A stretch of DNA of 49,418 nucleotides. Source: Bacilli bacterium. Its GTDB lineage: Bacteria; Bacillota_I; Bacilli_A; RFN20; CAG-826. Positions 34,503 through 44,060 of the stretch are shown piece by piece. The position numbers and the translations under genes are program-made. Position 1 is the first letter of the stretch, and each line of letters opens with the position of its first letter. Where the stretch lies: positions 1-49,418 of the forward strand of contig JBMTFA010000002.1 in NCBI GenBank assembly GCA_049433705.1, written 5' to 3'. Under the pieces are notes generated by a model, which worked only from the letters and a program-made list of their open reading frames with translations, was not told where the DNA came from and did not search any database.

Positions 34503-36908
34503 ATGTTCACTAACAAAGAAGAATTTAAAAAGATTTTTCTTCAGCGCCTTGAATCGAAGTTTGGTAGAAATGTCCAAGATAGTCATTTAACCGAACGTTA
34601 CGAAATTATTGGCCACATGATTCGCGATTATGCCGGCCAACATATGAAGAAATTACGGACCACGGATAATCAAAAACATCCGCGGCAATTGATTTATTTT
34701 TCCATGGAATTCTTAATTGGCAAATTGATGTTAAGTAATTTACAAAACTTAGGCATTTATGATTTAGTTTCAGATGGCTTAAAAGACCTCAATCTTTCCT
34801 TACAAGAATTGATCGACATGGAAATGGATGCCGGTTTAGGTAATGGTGGTTTAGGTCGGCTTGCGGCATGCTTTTTAGATTCGATTGCCTCCTTAGGGTA
34901 TGCCGGTCATGGGAATACGATTCGCTATGATTATGGATTTTTTAAACAAAAAATTGTCAATGGTAAACAAGTTGAAGTGCCTGATATTTGGCTTAAAAAT
35001 GGCAACATTTGGGAAGTGAAAAATCTCAAGCATTCTGTGGATGTTAAATTTTATGGACAAGCAGAAACGTATCTCAAACCAGATGGAGGTTACGCGATTC
35101 GCATCGTTAATGCGCTCAATGTTCGTGCCGTCCCCTATGATATGGCGGTCGTTGGTTATCATAATGGGGTGACAAACAACCTAAGATTATGGGCGGCCGA
35201 ACCCACCGAAGAAAATATTCCTAGCAATCAAAGCTTTAAGGAATATTTACAAACGGTAAAGGAAATCACCCACGGTTTATATCCCGATGATTCAACTGAA
35301 CAAGGTAAAATCCTGCGATTAAGACAACATTATTTCTTAGTCTCTGCAGGCTTACAATCCGTAATTGCTTCTCATTATCGTCGCTTTAAACGCGTCGATA
35401 ATGTCGCTGATTATTTTGTCTTCCAATTAAATGACACCCATCCAATTCTCGCCATTCCTGAATTCATGCGCATCATGATGGATGAATATGGTCAATCATG
35501 GGATGAAGCTTGGCAACAAGTGACACGCTCGATGGCCTACACCAACCATACGGTCATGGCAGAAGCCTTAGAAAAATGGCCGACGCATTACGTTCAACCC
35601 TTACTCCCGCGCATCTTTATGATCATTGAAGAAATTCATCGTCGTAGTCAATTAGAGTTTTCCAAAAAACAATTAAGCGATGATGCACGTCGGAACATGG
35701 CAATCATTAAAGATGGCATGGTATACATGGCGAATTTAGCGATTTACTCAACGTTTTCCACCAATGGGGTTGCCGCGCTTCATACGGACATTTTAAAAGC
35801 GGATACCTTCAAGGATTATTTCCAACTCTATCCAGAACGCTTTAATAACAAGACCAACGGGATTACCCATCGTCGTTGGATGATGTATAGCAATCCAGTC
35901 CTTGCCAATGCCATCTCTCAACGCATCGGCGAATCTTGGAAAACCCAACCGCAAGATTTAGAAAAACTTTTGAAATTTAAAGACGATGTGAAGCTTCAAA
36001 AAGAACTTGCCACCATCAAACTCAATAATAAAAAAGCCCTTGCGACTTTTTTAAAAGGCCATCAAGGCGTCACCCTGAATGTGAACACCATCTTTGATGT
36101 TCAAATTAAACGCCTTCATGCGTATAAACGTCAACTGATGAATGTGTTTCACATTATGTATTTATACCAACGCATGAAAGCGGATGCTTCTTTCCGGATT
36201 ACCCCAAGAACTTTTATTTTTGGGGCGAAAGCCGCACCGAGTTATTACTATGCAAAAAAGATTATTGAATTAATTCATGCCGTTGCCAAAATCGTCAATA
36301 AGGATCCAGAGATCAGTCCTTACTTGTCGGTCGTCTTTGTCGAAAATTATAGTGTTTCCATCTCAGAAATTATCATTCCTGCCAGTGATATTTCCGAACA
36401 AATTTCCACCGCGGGTAAAGAAGCCTCTGGGACTGGGAATATGAAGTTTATGATGAATGGGGCGATCACCCTAGGTACCCTCGATGGCGCCAATGTGGAA
36501 ATCGCCGATCTTGTTGGTGAAGAAAACTGTGTCATCTTTGGGATGAAAGTTGAAGAAGTTAACACCCTCTATCAAAATCGCATTTATCGGGTTTGGGATA
36601 TGTACGCAAAATATCCCCACCTAAAAGTCATCATCGATTCCTTGATTGATGGTACTTGGTCAGAAGGGAACTTAGATACCTTTAGACCCATCTTTGACGA
36701 AATCATGCACCGAAATGATGAATATTTTGTCTTAAAAGACTTTGATGCTTATGCAGCGGCACATGAAAAGATTGCCAAGCTATATCAAGATCCACTCGCC
36801 TGGCAAAAAATGGCAGTCGTCAATATTGCCAAGTCAGGTTTCTTCTCCACGGATCGCACCATCCAACAATACGTGGATGAGATTTGGAAGTTAAAAAAGA
36901 TCGTATGA
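34503..36908 (+). CDS. glgP: glycogen/maltodextrin phosphorylase
   Basis: 801 aa with the PLP-lysine motif EASGTGNMKFMMNGA and the GT35 layout. Confidence 0.95.
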   Translation: MFTNKEEFKKIFLQRLESKFGRNVQDSHLTERYEIIGHMIRDYAGQHMKKLRTTDNQKHPRQLIYFSMEFLIGKLMLSNLQNLGIYDLVSDGLKDLNLSLQELIDMEMDAGLGNGGLGRLAACFLDSIASLGYAGHGNTIRYDYGFFKQKIVNGKQVEVPDIWLKNGNIWEVKNLKHSVDVKFYGQAETYLKPDGGYAIRIVNALNVRAVPYDMAVVGYHNGVTNNLRLWAAEPTEENIPSNQSFKEYLQTVKEITHGLYPDDSTEQGKILRLRQHYFLVSAGLQSVIASHYRRFKRVDNVADYFVFQLNDTHPILAIPEFMRIMMDEYGQSWDEAWQQVTRSMAYTNHTVMAEALEKWPTHYVQPLLPRIFMIIEEIHRRSQLEFSKKQLSDDARRNMAIIKDGMVYMANLAIYSTFSTNGVAALHTDILKADTFKDYFQLYPERFNNKTNGITHRRWMMYSNPVLANAISQRIGESWKTQPQDLEKLLKFKDDVKLQKELATIKLNNKKALATFLKGHQGVTLNVNTIFDVQIKRLHAYKRQLMNVFHIMYLYQRMKADASFRITPRTFIFGAKAAPSYYYAKKIIELIHAVAKIVNKDPEISPYLSVVFVENYSVSISEIIIPASDISEQISTAGKEASGTGNMKFMMNGAITLGTLDGANVEIADLVGEENCVIFGMKVEEVNTLYQNRIYRVWDMYAKYPHLKVIIDSLIDGTWSEGNLDTFRPIFDEIMHRNDEYFVLKDFDAYAAAHEKIAKLYQDPLAWQKMAVVNIAKSGFFSTDRTIQQYVDEIWKLKKIV

Positions 36909-37396
36909 CCATTCATTTAACTCAACTTTTAGAAGCCCAAGCAAAACTTGATGCTCACATTCAATCGCAGCACCAAGTCACTTATGCCACGACCCGCGAC
37001 AAACGTTTATTAGCCTTACTCGTGGAAGTCGGTGAAATGATCAATGAAACCAAAACCTTTAAATTTTGGTCAAAAAAACCAAGCGCAGAAAAACCAATTA
37101 TTTTAGATGAATATGCCGATGGACTACACTTTCTCTTGTCCTTAGCAATTGAAGTTGGCTCAACAAAAGTCGCGTATGACATTGTCGCTCCCAAGCTTAC
37201 TTTAACGCAAGCCACATTAAACGTTTTTACTGCAATTAGTGCCCTGGTGACCACTTGGCATTCGAGCAATTTAGAAACAGCCTTTCAAGCCTATCTAAAT
37301 TTAATTCCCTTGCTTGGGTTTGATGCAGAAACCGTCATTGAAGCCTATTTTAAAAAGCTTGGGGTGAATTATACCCGGCAACAAAATGCTTATTAA
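36905..37396 (+). CDS. dimeric (all-alpha, YncF/dUTPase_2-type) dUTPase-like protein
   Basis: 163 aa from MTIHLTQL, with LALLVEVGEMINETKTFKFW and EYADGLHFLLSL typical of the family. ATGA overlap with the glgP stop. Confidence 0.7.
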   Translation: MTIHLTQLLEAQAKLDAHIQSQHQVTYATTRDKRLLALLVEVGEMINETKTFKFWSKKPSAEKPIILDEYADGLHFLLSLAIEVGSTKVAYDIVAPKLTLTQATLNVFTAISALVTTWHSSNLETAFQAYLNLIPLLGFDAETVIEAYFKKLGVNYTRQQNAY

Positions 37397-37408
37397 AGGA
37401 GCAAAATA

Positions 37409-38497
37409 ATGAAACAAACCTGGTGGCCGTTACTGAAGTCTTTATCTGAACTTAATGGGATTTCTGGTTTTGAAAATCAAGTTGCTGCCTTTATTGAAAA
37501 ACAAATTAAACCTTATGTGGATGAGATTCAATACGATGGATTAGGATCGTTATTGGCGATTAAAAAAGGAAAAAATCCAAACCTCACCGTGATGCTTGCA
37601 GCCCACATGGATGAAGTCGGTTTTGTCGTTTCCCAAATTGAAGAATCAGGGATGCTTCGCCTTGCCCCCGTTGGGGGTTGGTGGGGTCATGTTTTATTAG
37701 CCCAAGTGATGACGATTACCACACGAGAAGGGAAAACCTTTCAAGGTGTCATCGGCGCAAGACCACCACATGGCATGAGTGCTGAAGCTCGCAATCGTGT
37801 CCTCGACATCAAAGAAATGTATGTTGATCTTGGTTTAAGTTCCCGCAAAGAAGTCGAAGCCAAAGGCATTCGCATCGGTGATATGGTCAATCCTAAAACC
37901 GAAGCAATGGTGATGAATGATTCTGAGATTGTCATGGGCAAAGCCTGGGATGATCGGGTGAGTTGTGGTGTTCTCATTGAACTCATGCGTCGGTTAAAAG
38001 ATGTCCAAACCGAAGCAACGATTATTGCCACTTTTACGGTCCAAGAAGAAATTGGTTTACGAGGTGCAAAAACATCGACCTACAAAGTCAAACCTGACTT
38101 AGGATTTGCGATTGATGTGACGATGTCGCATGATTTACCAGGTGGACCCAAACTCGATACGCGCTTAGGCCAAGGTGTGGCCTTATCGATTCTTGATGCG
38201 AGCGTGATTGCCCATCGTGGTTTAGTCGAAGATGTGGAACGCGTGGCGAAAGCCAATCAAATTCCTTTCACGTATGATGTGATGCCGGTCGGTGGTACAG
38301 ATGCCGGAGAAATGCATAAAGCCTTTGCCGGGGTCGTGACGATGACCTTATCGATTCCCTGCCGTTACTACCATTCTCATACGTCCATGGTTCACCTCAA
38401 AGATGTGGAAATGACGACCCAACTCCTCGATCAATATTTACGCCAATTTAATCAAACAAGTTTATCGGCCTTACACGCGAGCAAATTTAAAGCTTAA
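37409..38497 (+). CDS. M42-family aminopeptidase, paralog 2
   Basis: 362 aa with HMDEVGFVV, WDDRVS and EEIGLRGA. It is collinear with the 5815-6903 protein. Confidence 0.85.
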   Translation: MKQTWWPLLKSLSELNGISGFENQVAAFIEKQIKPYVDEIQYDGLGSLLAIKKGKNPNLTVMLAAHMDEVGFVVSQIEESGMLRLAPVGGWWGHVLLAQVMTITTREGKTFQGVIGARPPHGMSAEARNRVLDIKEMYVDLGLSSRKEVEAKGIRIGDMVNPKTEAMVMNDSEIVMGKAWDDRVSCGVLIELMRRLKDVQTEATIIATFTVQEEIGLRGAKTSTYKVKPDLGFAIDVTMSHDLPGGPKLDTRLGQGVALSILDASVIAHRGLVEDVERVAKANQIPFTYDVMPVGGTDAGEMHKAFAGVVTMTLSIPCRYYHSHTSMVHLKDVEMTTQLLDQYLRQFNQTSLSALHASKFKA

Positions 38498-38499
38498 TC

Positions 38500-39129
38500 A
38501 TGACGATTGTCCTTGGGGAAACAACGTATACCGTGACCATCTTTTATCGTGAAAGAAAGCGAATTATTTTACGTTTTAAAGATGGGCAATTTATCGTTTC
38601 GATGCCCAAACGGACTTCACCAACATGGTTACGTTCCCAACTCCAACTTCATGGCGAAAAATTAATCAAGAAAGTCAGTGCAATCCCTGCTGGTTTTAAT
38701 GAAAAAGGGATCTACCTTTATGGGGAATGGGTGGCGCTTAACACCTTAGCGGGTCAATTCGAGATGGACCCACCGATTCCTTTCGCTTATTGGGAAAAGC
38801 GTTGGCAACCGCTAAAAGACCAATTCACTAAGTCGCTCAACCACCGCGTTCAGTTCTGGCAAAACCGCTTGAATATTTTTACCCATTATCAAGTACGAGT
38901 TCGTCACATGACGACAAGACTCGGATCGAATTCTAGAAAAACCAAGCGCTTAACCTTCGCCTATAAATTGGTGCATTTTGCTTGGCCGATTATTGATGCA
39001 GTGATTGTGCACGAGCTGATCCATGATCGCCATTTTGACCATTCACCCAAATTTTATCAAGCGTTGACTGCTGCCTATCCTGCTTATCACCAGGAACATG
39101 GTAAAATTTTAAAAGGTCAATACCGATGA
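38500..39129 (+). CDS. YgjP-like (DUF45/M48-related) zinc metallopeptidase-fold protein
   Basis: 209 aa with the C-terminal HExxH context VIVHELIHDRHFDHSPKFY. Confidence 0.7.
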   Translation: MTIVLGETTYTVTIFYRERKRIILRFKDGQFIVSMPKRTSPTWLRSQLQLHGEKLIKKVSAIPAGFNEKGIYLYGEWVALNTLAGQFEMDPPIPFAYWEKRWQPLKDQFTKSLNHRVQFWQNRLNIFTHYQVRVRHMTTRLGSNSRKTKRLTFAYKLVHFAWPIIDAVIVHELIHDRHFDHSPKFYQALTAAYPAYHQEHGKILKGQYR

Positions 39130-39878
39130 ATTCACTTACCAGTGTCCAAGACGCCCATGTCAAAAAATTACGCTTGCTAAAAGATCAAGATGGGCCTTTT
39201 GCTGCGACGCATTTTTTAGTGGAAGGTCAGCATTTGGTGGACCATGCTTTTCGCACTGGTGTTTTGGAATCTGTGTATATCACAGGAGAGATGCCTAAAT
39301 ATCCTCCTGCGATTAAAATCTTTCAATGCGAAGTCCATGTGCTAGATGCGATCACCCATCAGAAAAATCCCCAAGGCATTGTTGGGTTATGCCGGAAAAT
39401 AAAAAAAGATTTTCCGCTGGGAAAAACCATCCTTTATCTTGATCAAATTAATGATCCTGGTAATGTCGGAACGATGTTGAGAACGAGTCTTGGTTTAGGC
39501 ATTCAAACCGTTATCTTTTCTCCGAAGACAGCAAACCGTTACCATCCAAAAGTGATTGCCAGTTCTCAAGGGGCTTTGTTCCATTTAAACCTATGGGAAG
39601 ATCAAACGGATGCGACGTTATTAAAACAATATCAACAACAAGGTTATCATGTCGTCGCCACCAACCTTTCTAGTAAAGCTATCCCCCTAGATCAATATCG
39701 CTTCAAAGAAAAAAATATCCTCGTGGTTGGGAATGAATCGCATGGGGTTCGTCCTGAAATCACTGCGCTAGCCAATGGTCAAGTCACCATCCCAATGAAG
39801 CAAATCGATTCTTTAAATGTGGCAATTGCCTTTGCCATCATCGCCTATCGCTGTCTGCAATATCAGCCGGCGTCGTGA
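39126..39878 (+). CDS. TrmH/SpoU-family RNA 2'-O-methyltransferase (YsgA/RlmB-like)
   Basis: 250 aa with SPOUT motifs DQINDPGNVGTMLRT, VVGNESHGV and IPM...DSLNVA. Its position upstream of pheST matches B. subtilis ysgA. Confidence 0.8.
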   Translation: MNSLTSVQDAHVKKLRLLKDQDGPFAATHFLVEGQHLVDHAFRTGVLESVYITGEMPKYPPAIKIFQCEVHVLDAITHQKNPQGIVGLCRKIKKDFPLGKTILYLDQINDPGNVGTMLRTSLGLGIQTVIFSPKTANRYHPKVIASSQGALFHLNLWEDQTDATLLKQYQQQGYHVVATNLSSKAIPLDQYRFKEKNILVVGNESHGVRPEITALANGQVTIPMKQIDSLNVAIAFAIIAYRCLQYQPAS

Positions 39879-40092
39879 TATACTAATTTTATTAAGGAAA
39901 GCTTCGGAGAATCGCGACCAGGGATGAGTGAACAGTGCGACCACTCAAACGATTCAAAATTCACTTTCAAAAACCTTAATCGTCGATGGCGTTAACATCA
40001 AATTAAGTGCGGTCAAACGAACAAGGATGGTACCACGGCTTTAGGTCGTTCCTTACGGGTGACTTTTTTTATTTAATAAGGAGAAACAAGCA
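39875..40092 (+). promoter_or_regulatory. promoter plus T-box leader with Phe specifier (UUC), upstream of pheS
   Basis: Extended -10 TGaTATACT (39875-39883). The specifier context ACGATTCAAA places TTC at 39954-39956. The T-box sequence GGATGGTACCACGG is at 40026-40039, followed by a T-run and then AAGGAG and the pheS ATG. Confidence 0.85.
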
Positions 40093-41124
40093 ATGATTGA
40101 AAAAATTCAAACAATCCTCGCGACAGGATTAAAAGCGATTGAGTCAGCAAAAGACCTCCATCAATTGCAAGAAGTACGTAATACCTACTTGGCGAAAAAA
40201 TCCGAACTAATGGGTATCTTTTCTTTATTAAAAGATTTAGGTGGTGAAGAAAAAAAACAAGTTGGTCTAGAAATTAATCAGGCACGTGATCAATTAACCA
40301 AGGCATTAGATCAAAAACAACAAACCTTACAACAAGCGGTGCTTTTGGCGAAATTAAAAGAAGAAGTTGTCGATATTAGTCAACCTGCTAGTAACGTGCA
40401 ACAAGGTTCCGTCAATCCTTTTTTTATCGTTGAACAAGCGATTACCGACGTCTTTATTGCCATGGGTTATCAAGTCGCTGAAGGTCCAGAAATTGAAAGT
40501 GATCACTATAACTTTGAACTGTTAAATATCCCCAAAGATCACCCTGCTAGAGAAATGCAAGATTCGCTTTATTTTGATGACAACACCTTAATGCGAACGC
40601 ATACCTCTCCTGTGCAAGCTCGAGTGATGCAAGCAGCAAAGGGGCAACCGATTCAAGTCATTTGTCCTGGCAAAGTGTATCGTCGCGATGAAGATGATGC
40701 CACCCACTCCCATCAATTTGGTCAAGTCGAAGGCTTAGTGGTATCCGAGGGCATTAACCTTGGCCATTTAAAACAAACCCTGCAAGCCTTTGCCAAAAAA
40801 ATGTTTGGAGAAAAACGTGAAATTCGTCTACGCCCAAGTTTCTTTCCATTTACTGAACCTAGTGTTGAAATTGATGTCAGCTGTTTTGAATGTGGTGGCA
40901 AAGGTTGCAATTTATGTAAGCATACCGGTTGGATTGAAATTTTAGGTGGCGGGATGGTCCATCCTCGCGTGCTATCGATGAATGGTTATGATTCCAAACG
41001 CTTTACTGGATTTGCCTTCGGCATCGGGATTGAACGCGTGGCAATGCTACGATACGGAATTGATGACATTCGCAGATTTTATCAAAATGATTTGCGATTC
41101 ATTCAACAATTCAAACGAAAGTAA
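40093..41124 (+). CDS. pheS: phenylalanyl-tRNA synthetase alpha subunit
   Basis: 343 aa with class II motifs including FPFTEPSVEIDV and GFAFGIGIERVAM. Confidence 0.97.
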   Translation: MIEKIQTILATGLKAIESAKDLHQLQEVRNTYLAKKSELMGIFSLLKDLGGEEKKQVGLEINQARDQLTKALDQKQQTLQQAVLLAKLKEEVVDISQPASNVQQGSVNPFFIVEQAITDVFIAMGYQVAEGPEIESDHYNFELLNIPKDHPAREMQDSLYFDDNTLMRTHTSPVQARVMQAAKGQPIQVICPGKVYRRDEDDATHSHQFGQVEGLVVSEGINLGHLKQTLQAFAKKMFGEKREIRLRPSFFPFTEPSVEIDVSCFECGGKGCNLCKHTGWIEILGGGMVHPRVLSMNGYDSKRFTGFAFGIGIERVAMLRYGIDDIRRFYQNDLRFIQQFKRK

Positions 41125-41136
41125 GGAGAACTGAAC

Positions 41137-43533
41137 ATGAAATTTTCCTTTCAATGGTTAGCAACCCTCGTTGATTTAAAAGACTTAAATGCACAAGATG
41201 TTGCAATTGCGCTTAACCAGGCTGGCATCGAAGTTGAAGAAGTTAAACCCCTCGTCAATGCCACGCACATCACCACTGGTTATGTCAAATCGCGAACGAT
41301 GATTGAGGGCAGTGATCATTTATCAAAAGTCATTGTTGATACCGGTAAACATGGTGAACGCACGATCGTTTGTGGTGCCCCTAACATTCGCCCTGGACAA
41401 AAAGTCCTGGTTGCTTTACCCGGTGCAGTTTTACCCAAACTCACGATTCAAGCATCGGTGATCAAAGGTGTGCCTTCCGAAGGGATGGTATGTGCCTTAA
41501 ATGAATTAGGCATTGATACAAAGTTTCTTCGTCCTGATCAAGTGGAAGGGATTGAAGTTTTACCTGAAAACACACCAGTGGGTCGGGATGAGATTCTTAC
41601 AGATTTAGGACTCAATGACACAATTATTAGTTTAAAGTTATTAGCAAATCGACCCGATTTATGGGCACTAGAAGGGATTGCCAAAGAAGTGGCGGCGTTA
41701 CTTCAACGACCGCTTATCCCCACCCAAGTTGCTTCCGAACCAACTTTACCAACTTTCGCTTTTAAGCTCGATGTGCAAAGTGAAAAGACCGCTCAATTTT
41801 CCATTCGCGTTATCCAAGGCATCCAAGCAACGACAACGCCAGCATGGATGAAACAACGCTTAATCGCTAGTGGGGTTCGGCCGATTTCTTTCTTAGTCGA
41901 TATTGGTAACTATGTGATGTTGCTCACCGGCCAACCACTGCATATGTATGACTTAAAGAAATTACCAACCCATGGATTAACACTCAGCGATCATTGGGAT
42001 AAACCCTTTGTCGCGCTTGATCAAAAAACTTACGCGTTACAATCAGGTGATATTGTCATTACCAGTCAAGATCACGTCATGTGTTTAGCCGGGGTAATGG
42101 GCGCTGATCACTGTGCAGTGGATGCACAAACCACCGATATCGCGATAGAAGCAGCAGCCTTTGATCCGGCAAGTATTCGCAAGACAGCCTTAAGATTAAA
42201 TCTGATTTCTGATGCCTCGATGCGTTTTGCTAAAGGCATCGATTTATCCCAATTTGATCGGGTGTTAACGTTAACGACCCAATTGATTCAACAACTGACG
42301 AAAGTAGAAAAGGTTTATCAAACCGTAACCGTGAATCGTTTCAAAGAAAAGACACTGACGATTCCCTGGCAACCGCAAGCGATTAATCAATTATTGAGCA
42401 CGCAATTTCCCGAAACATTAATGGTAGAAACCTTAGCGAGATTTGGGATTGTTTCAACACCAAGGCAAGGCGGATACCTTGCTACCATTCCCTTCCATCG
42501 CCAAGATTTGCAAGGGGTGGCGGATTTAGCTGAAGAAATCATTCGCGTCCAAGGCTTTGATGCGATTACCTTAACGCCGATGCCACTCCATATTCAAGCT
42601 GGTGGATTGAATGAAAAACAAGAAAAAGTTCGGGCGATCAAAACTTATCTTGGTAGCCAAGGGATGGATGAAGTATTAGGTTATACCCTTATTGAACCGC
42701 AATGGTTGCAGCAATTTAATTTCCTCTCGACAAAGGAACCTTGGGTGTTAAAAAATCCCCTTTCTGAAGAACGAAAACATGTTCGCACGGACGTGTTGGG
42801 ATCATTAATTCAAATCGTGCAATATAACTTAGCAAGACAAGTGGAATCCGGACAAATTTTTGAAATTGCCAATATTGCCCATCGTCAAGGACAACAACTC
42901 CAACTCGGGATGGCGATGTTTGGACAACGGTCAGTGCGTTCCGCCATGTTACCCACTAGCTATTCATTTTTTGATATCAAGGCTCATGTTGAGGGATTAT
43001 TAGCGCTCTTACAAATTGAACCTTCGCGTTACCAATGGGTGGTCAATCCTAATCTTTCACCGATGCTTCATCCTGGTCGCAGTGCCCAGTTAGTCGTGCA
43101 AAATCAAGTGGTGGGGGTGCTCGGTCAATTAATGCCAAATATTCAAACTGCCTATGATCTTGGTAAACATCCTGTCATGGTTGCTCACCTTGATCTCCAA
43201 GCCTTACTCGACTTCAAGACAAGTCCACTTAAACTTAAACCGATTCCAAGATTTCCTTCCGTAACTCGTGATCTTGCTTTCTATCTCCCGACCACAATTC
43301 CTTTTGCCCAAATTGTTAAAACCGTCAAGAAAGCAGGCAAGAAGTTAGTGGAACAAGTGTTATTGTTTGACCTCTATCAAGGTGCATCCTTACCCCAAGG
43401 GCAACTTTCCATGGCAATTCGCGTTGTCTTAAGAGATGAACAAAAAACCTTACAAGAAGATGAAATTACGCAGGTTCTCTCCACGATTCAGTCCGCGTTA
43501 GTCAGCGATTGCCAAGTCACTTTAAGAAGCTAA
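41137..43533 (+). CDS. pheT: phenylalanyl-tRNA synthetase beta subunit
   Basis: 798 aa with an N-terminal tRNA-binding OB domain plus B3/4, B5 and FDX-ACB domains (FPSVTRDLAF). Confidence 0.97.
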   Translation: MKFSFQWLATLVDLKDLNAQDVAIALNQAGIEVEEVKPLVNATHITTGYVKSRTMIEGSDHLSKVIVDTGKHGERTIVCGAPNIRPGQKVLVALPGAVLPKLTIQASVIKGVPSEGMVCALNELGIDTKFLRPDQVEGIEVLPENTPVGRDEILTDLGLNDTIISLKLLANRPDLWALEGIAKEVAALLQRPLIPTQVASEPTLPTFAFKLDVQSEKTAQFSIRVIQGIQATTTPAWMKQRLIASGVRPISFLVDIGNYVMLLTGQPLHMYDLKKLPTHGLTLSDHWDKPFVALDQKTYALQSGDIVITSQDHVMCLAGVMGADHCAVDAQTTDIAIEAAAFDPASIRKTALRLNLISDASMRFAKGIDLSQFDRVLTLTTQLIQQLTKVEKVYQTVTVNRFKEKTLTIPWQPQAINQLLSTQFPETLMVETLARFGIVSTPRQGGYLATIPFHRQDLQGVADLAEEIIRVQGFDAITLTPMPLHIQAGGLNEKQEKVRAIKTYLGSQGMDEVLGYTLIEPQWLQQFNFLSTKEPWVLKNPLSEERKHVRTDVLGSLIQIVQYNLARQVESGQIFEIANIAHRQGQQLQLGMAMFGQRSVRSAMLPTSYSFFDIKAHVEGLLALLQIEPSRYQWVVNPNLSPMLHPGRSAQLVVQNQVVGVLGQLMPNIQTAYDLGKHPVMVAHLDLQALLDFKTSPLKLKPIPRFPSVTRDLAFYLPTTIPFAQIVKTVKKAGKKLVEQVLLFDLYQGASLPQGQLSMAIRVVLRDEQKTLQEDEITQVLSTIQSALVSDCQVTLRS

Positions 43534-43558
43534 CTTTTCCCTTAGTTTTGACAATCAA

Positions 43559-43590
43559 AGCAAACACGTGAAAAATGTTTGCTTTTTTTT
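43559..43590 (+). terminator. rho-independent terminator after pheT
   Basis: Stem AGCAAACA (43559-43566), a 9-nt loop, stem TGTTTGCT (43576-43583), then an 8-T run. Confidence 0.8.
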
Positions 43591-43634
43591 CATCTCGCAC
43601 TATAATTAAGTCATAGTGGGAGAAAGTGGGATAC
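43579..43634 (+). promoter_or_regulatory. mraZ promoter with two phased GTGGG direct repeats (candidate MraZ operator)
   Basis: TTGCTT (43579-43584), 16 nt, then TATAAT (43601-43606). GTGGG occurs at 43616-43620 and again at 43626-43630, exactly 10 bp apart. Both copies lie between the -10 element and the mraZ ATG. Confidence 0.5.
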
Positions 43635-44060
43635 ATGTTTTTTGGTAGTTATGCATACACATTAGACGATAAAGGCAGACTGGTGATTCCTGCAAAAATG
43701 CGGTCAGAATCGGGTCCTGTCTTATTCGCCATGCGTGGTTTTGAACACTGTATATCCTTATATACCCAACAAAGTTTTGCTTTATTGGTGCAACAAGCCA
43801 ATGCCTATGACTTTAATCAAGCCAATGTTCGATCGTATTTACGGACCGCGTTAGCCTCCGTGATTGAACTTCCCATTGATGACCATGGTCGTGTGCAATT
43901 ACCAATGGACACGATTAAACAATTCAAATTGGACAAAAACGTAAAAATTATCGGTGTAAACGACCATATTGAATTATGGAGTGCCACGACTTGGGATACT
44001 TACCAAGCGGAAGCAAAAGACCAATTTGAAACGATTGCCAGTAGCCTAACCAAGAAATGA
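43635..44060 (+). CDS. mraZ: transcriptional regulator MraZ
   Basis: 141 aa starting MFFGSYAYTLDDKGRLVIPAKMR, with a second DxxxR repeat DDHGRVQLP. The ATG at 43635 matches the canonical MraZ N-terminus. Confidence 0.93.
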   Translation: MFFGSYAYTLDDKGRLVIPAKMRSESGPVLFAMRGFEHCISLYTQQSFALLVQQANAYDFNQANVRSYLRTALASVIELPIDDHGRVQLPMDTIKQFKLDKNVKIIGVNDHIELWSATTWDTYQAEAKDQFETIASSLTKK

